This document shows, in pieces, positions 61,401 to 64,000 of a stretch of 64,000 nucleotides of DNA. Under the pieces are notes generated by a model. The model was not told the DNA's origin, searched no databases, and worked only from the letters and a program-made list of their open reading frames with translations. The stretch comes from Camelus dromedarius. Its lineage: Eukaryota. The translations under genes were made by a program, and so were the position numbers. The stretch spans positions 120,654,001 to 120,718,000 of the forward strand of contig NC_087437.1 of the NCBI RefSeq assembly GCF_036321535.1, written 5' to 3'. Each line of letters starts with the position of its first letter. The stretch's first letter is position 1.

Positions 61401-64000
61401 CTGAGCTAAAAGAAGCGCGGTGTCCCGTGTGCTCTGGGAGCTGCCCCGGCGGACGCGCCCGGCTGCTGCCCGGCTGCTCAGCGCAGCCCTCCTGAGGCCC
61501 GGGAAGGCCGGCCTCCTGATGGTCGCACGTCTCCACGCGGTTTATCTTCAAGTGTACATCCTGAATTCAGAGTGTGGACGGGCCAGCACGCGCCTACAGG
61601 CACACACACGGGCCCTGTCCACGGACACACACAGGTGCACACACCCCAGAGAGTGAGGGGGAAGCTCAGGGAGGCCACACAGCCCCATTAGGAGATGGGA
61701 TGAAACCACAGGCCTGCACCGGGGCCCCCCCTCCCCACACCTCCTCCCAGGGGCGTAAAGCCTGAGGGCACACGTGGTCTAGGCCCCCTGAACAGCCCTG
61801 GACTTGAAGAAAGTGCTCCCCAAAGGCCCAAAACTCGGTGAAGAGAGCAAATGGTCGTGTGACAGCTCAGGGAAGTGGGCAATGTCCCTTGCTCCGGGCT
61901 CCAGCTCCGTCAGTGAGTGGGGGGACGTGACATGCACAGGAACACTATGCCGAGGGGCGTGTTTTGTGGAAAGCGGGCAGAATACATGGATGGATTGGGT
62001 GACAGGTGGGATGGGGCTGGCACTGGGCTCTGCCTGCGGTTGAAGTGATCCCCAATGGTTGGCTTGGAGCTGGACCCCCAAGATCACACTCCTGAAGTCC
62101 AGGAGTCCAGCACAGCCCTCAGACTGCCTTCCAGAAAGATGAGTCTCACAGCACAGGGTGTGGGCTCCGTCAGGAGGGGCAAGATCCAGTGCAATCGCAG
62201 CCCTGCTCCCTCCTCCGCACCCAGGGCAGGAGCGGACGGGGTTCCAGGCCCTGAACCAGGAGGCTGTGCAGCGCACGGGGTGTCGGGGTACAAGGAGACA
62301 CTCAGTGGCCCTAAACAGGGGTTGGGGGTCGGGGTGGGGGGGGCTGCCGCCTGTTGCCAGGCAGGTCCATCCTGTTTGTAAAATCTCAGGCCCTTCCAGG
62401 GACACATCTGGAGGATGAGGTTCTCCTGCCATCAGCCACCTGGCCCAGACGTGATGCCAGAGATCAGAGACTTACAAGGACTCCAAGTGCTGTCCGTCCC
62501 TGGAGTCTGCCCTCGCCCAGGCCGTACACCTGCCCCGAGGGCTCCTCAGCCCCTCCCAGCTCAGTCACTACACAGGGCCAGGAAGCCTCTGGAACATGGC
62601 TCCCCCACAGACTGTTTAAACTGTGATCACTCACTGGTAAAGAATTCCAATGCTGTCTCTGATCGCATGGTCGGTCCCACCTGCCCAGGACGCTGTAAGA
62701 AACCTGACCCACTGGGCCAGCCCAGGGCCGTGGAAGTACCCTCCACCCTGTGGAAAGTGGGGAGGTAGCTGCCACCTCCAGAGACCCTGCCATCAGGACA
62801 CAAGCCTGGGGCTACGCTCCTGGTCTCAGGATGCCGTCTTCAAGCCCCAAGACAGCCATCCCTCCTGCTCAGCCCCCTTTTCTGCTGCTTCCAACCAGAA
62901 AATCAGGGGTGGAGGCCAACCTGCCATGTCTTCTTCGCTAGTGAAAGATCTGGTGCCGGAGGAGATGGGTGCTGAGGGCCCCAGTGAGGCTCAGTGTTCA
63001 GGGGAGTGTGTCCTGCCACAGGGCCACCCCTGGGGTCACACAGGAGGGACTCCGGGTTTGGAAGGGCACCCTACCCTCAGGGAGGTACCTGGGCCAGAAC
63101 AATTTCCTGGGCCCTCGCTGCCTGTTTCTCTGGGACAGCCCGTGCATCTCCGGGGTCCTCGGGGCTGCGATGGCGCTGAGTCAGGACAGCTGTACGGAAC
63201 GCAGGTCCTCCTGCTGGGTCAGTCTCCTAGACGCACGCTAGAATCTGATGACTGCCTAGCTGGGGCGGGGACTGAAGGAGCGGGAAACAAGCCCCCACCC
63301 ACCCAGACCACGCAGCAGAGGGCCCCAGGGGGGAAATCCGCTTTACTACCCCGAACAACACTGTTCCCTCTTTTAGACTCTTTGAAATGCCTTTTCCTGC
63401 CCTGAGCCCAAGGGGATTCTGACTTCTGTCACAATCACTGGTTAGGAGATCAGCGGTGGGCTCTCCCCAGGTCTCCAGGAGGCTCCTCTCGCTGGTAGGA
63501 TGCAGGCAACCCGTGAGGACTCGGGGCGACCTTCCTGCTGGTCCCAGAACACACACACAGAAACGGTCGCTCCCCCACCCCAGGCGGGCACTGAAAAACG
63601 GTCTGAAGGTTGAAGGCCACCCTCGTTCAGGGCCTGGTAGCCGGCAGAGTGGACCCCTCGAAGAGGGGGCCGTCTGGGTCTCCAGGGTTGGGGGAGGTGG
63701 GAGGGGGGCTGGGAAAGGGACCTTGGGTCTCAATCAACAGCTGGTTCCCAGGTCCCGGGGGCCTGCAGAGCACAGCTGGTTACCCCACGCCACCTGGAGA
63801 GGCAGGAGCGCTGGCTGCGTGCTCGCTCATCTGCTCTGGCTGGGCCTGTGTTACCAGCTCCCTCCCAGCCAGAAAGCGACAAAGACAGGTTCTGCCCTTT
63901 AGGAGCAGGTAGTGGAGGGGCTGCCCCCGGAGTGGGCAGCGGCTGCCCAAGGCCCCAAATGGAGGATGCAAGGAGCAGCCGGCTCTGACCCCCGCCAAAG

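Larger units (their letters stand above)
56170..61420 (+). other. AGPAT3: AGPAT3 3' UTR (long form; end approximate)
   Basis: Follows the stop codon, lacks obvious interspersed repeats, has AU-rich blocks, and has AATAAA at 56306, 58305, 58431 and 61395. Confidence 0.6.

Noticed and set aside
62650..63405. 251-aa ORF downstream of the gene
   Set aside because: Low-information composition, no recognisable homology or splice structure
1..64000. Prokaryotic systems (CRISPR arrays, operons, IS elements), tRNA/rRNA genes
   Set aside because: The sequence is clearly mammalian, and no repeat-spacer arrays or structured RNA genes were recognised

Overview
Eukaryotic (mammalian) genomic DNA, GC/CpG-rich. 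It is probably from a cetartiodactyl, most likely a camelid: this is inferred from the style of the young L1 3' ends and from the absence of recognisable Alu, B1, Bov-tA, PRE-1 or CAN SINEs. The window holds the complete coding region of AGPAT3 (LPAAT3/LPLAT3) on the + strand: 8 coding exons from 39076 to 56169, summing to 1131 nt (376 aa plus stop), with all introns GT-AG. A ~5.3 kb 3' UTR follows, with several poly(A) signals. Upstream lies ~39 kb of 5' intron rich in L1, MIR, L2, MaLR and hAT/Tigger relics, containing candidate 5' exons. The most striking observation is a 92-nt exon at 18110-18201. Spliced to the first AGPAT3 coding exon, it encodes a 40-aa single-transmembrane microprotein ([40 protein letters not shown]) whose stop lies 9 nt before the AGPAT3 ATG; the supplied ORF track misses it. 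Also notable is an ORF1-only L1 whose deletion junction falls exactly at a CAG, so it may be a spliced L1 insertion. Nearly all ORFs in the supplied track are GC-rich noise. Repeat family names come from recalled consensus sequences and were not verified by search.
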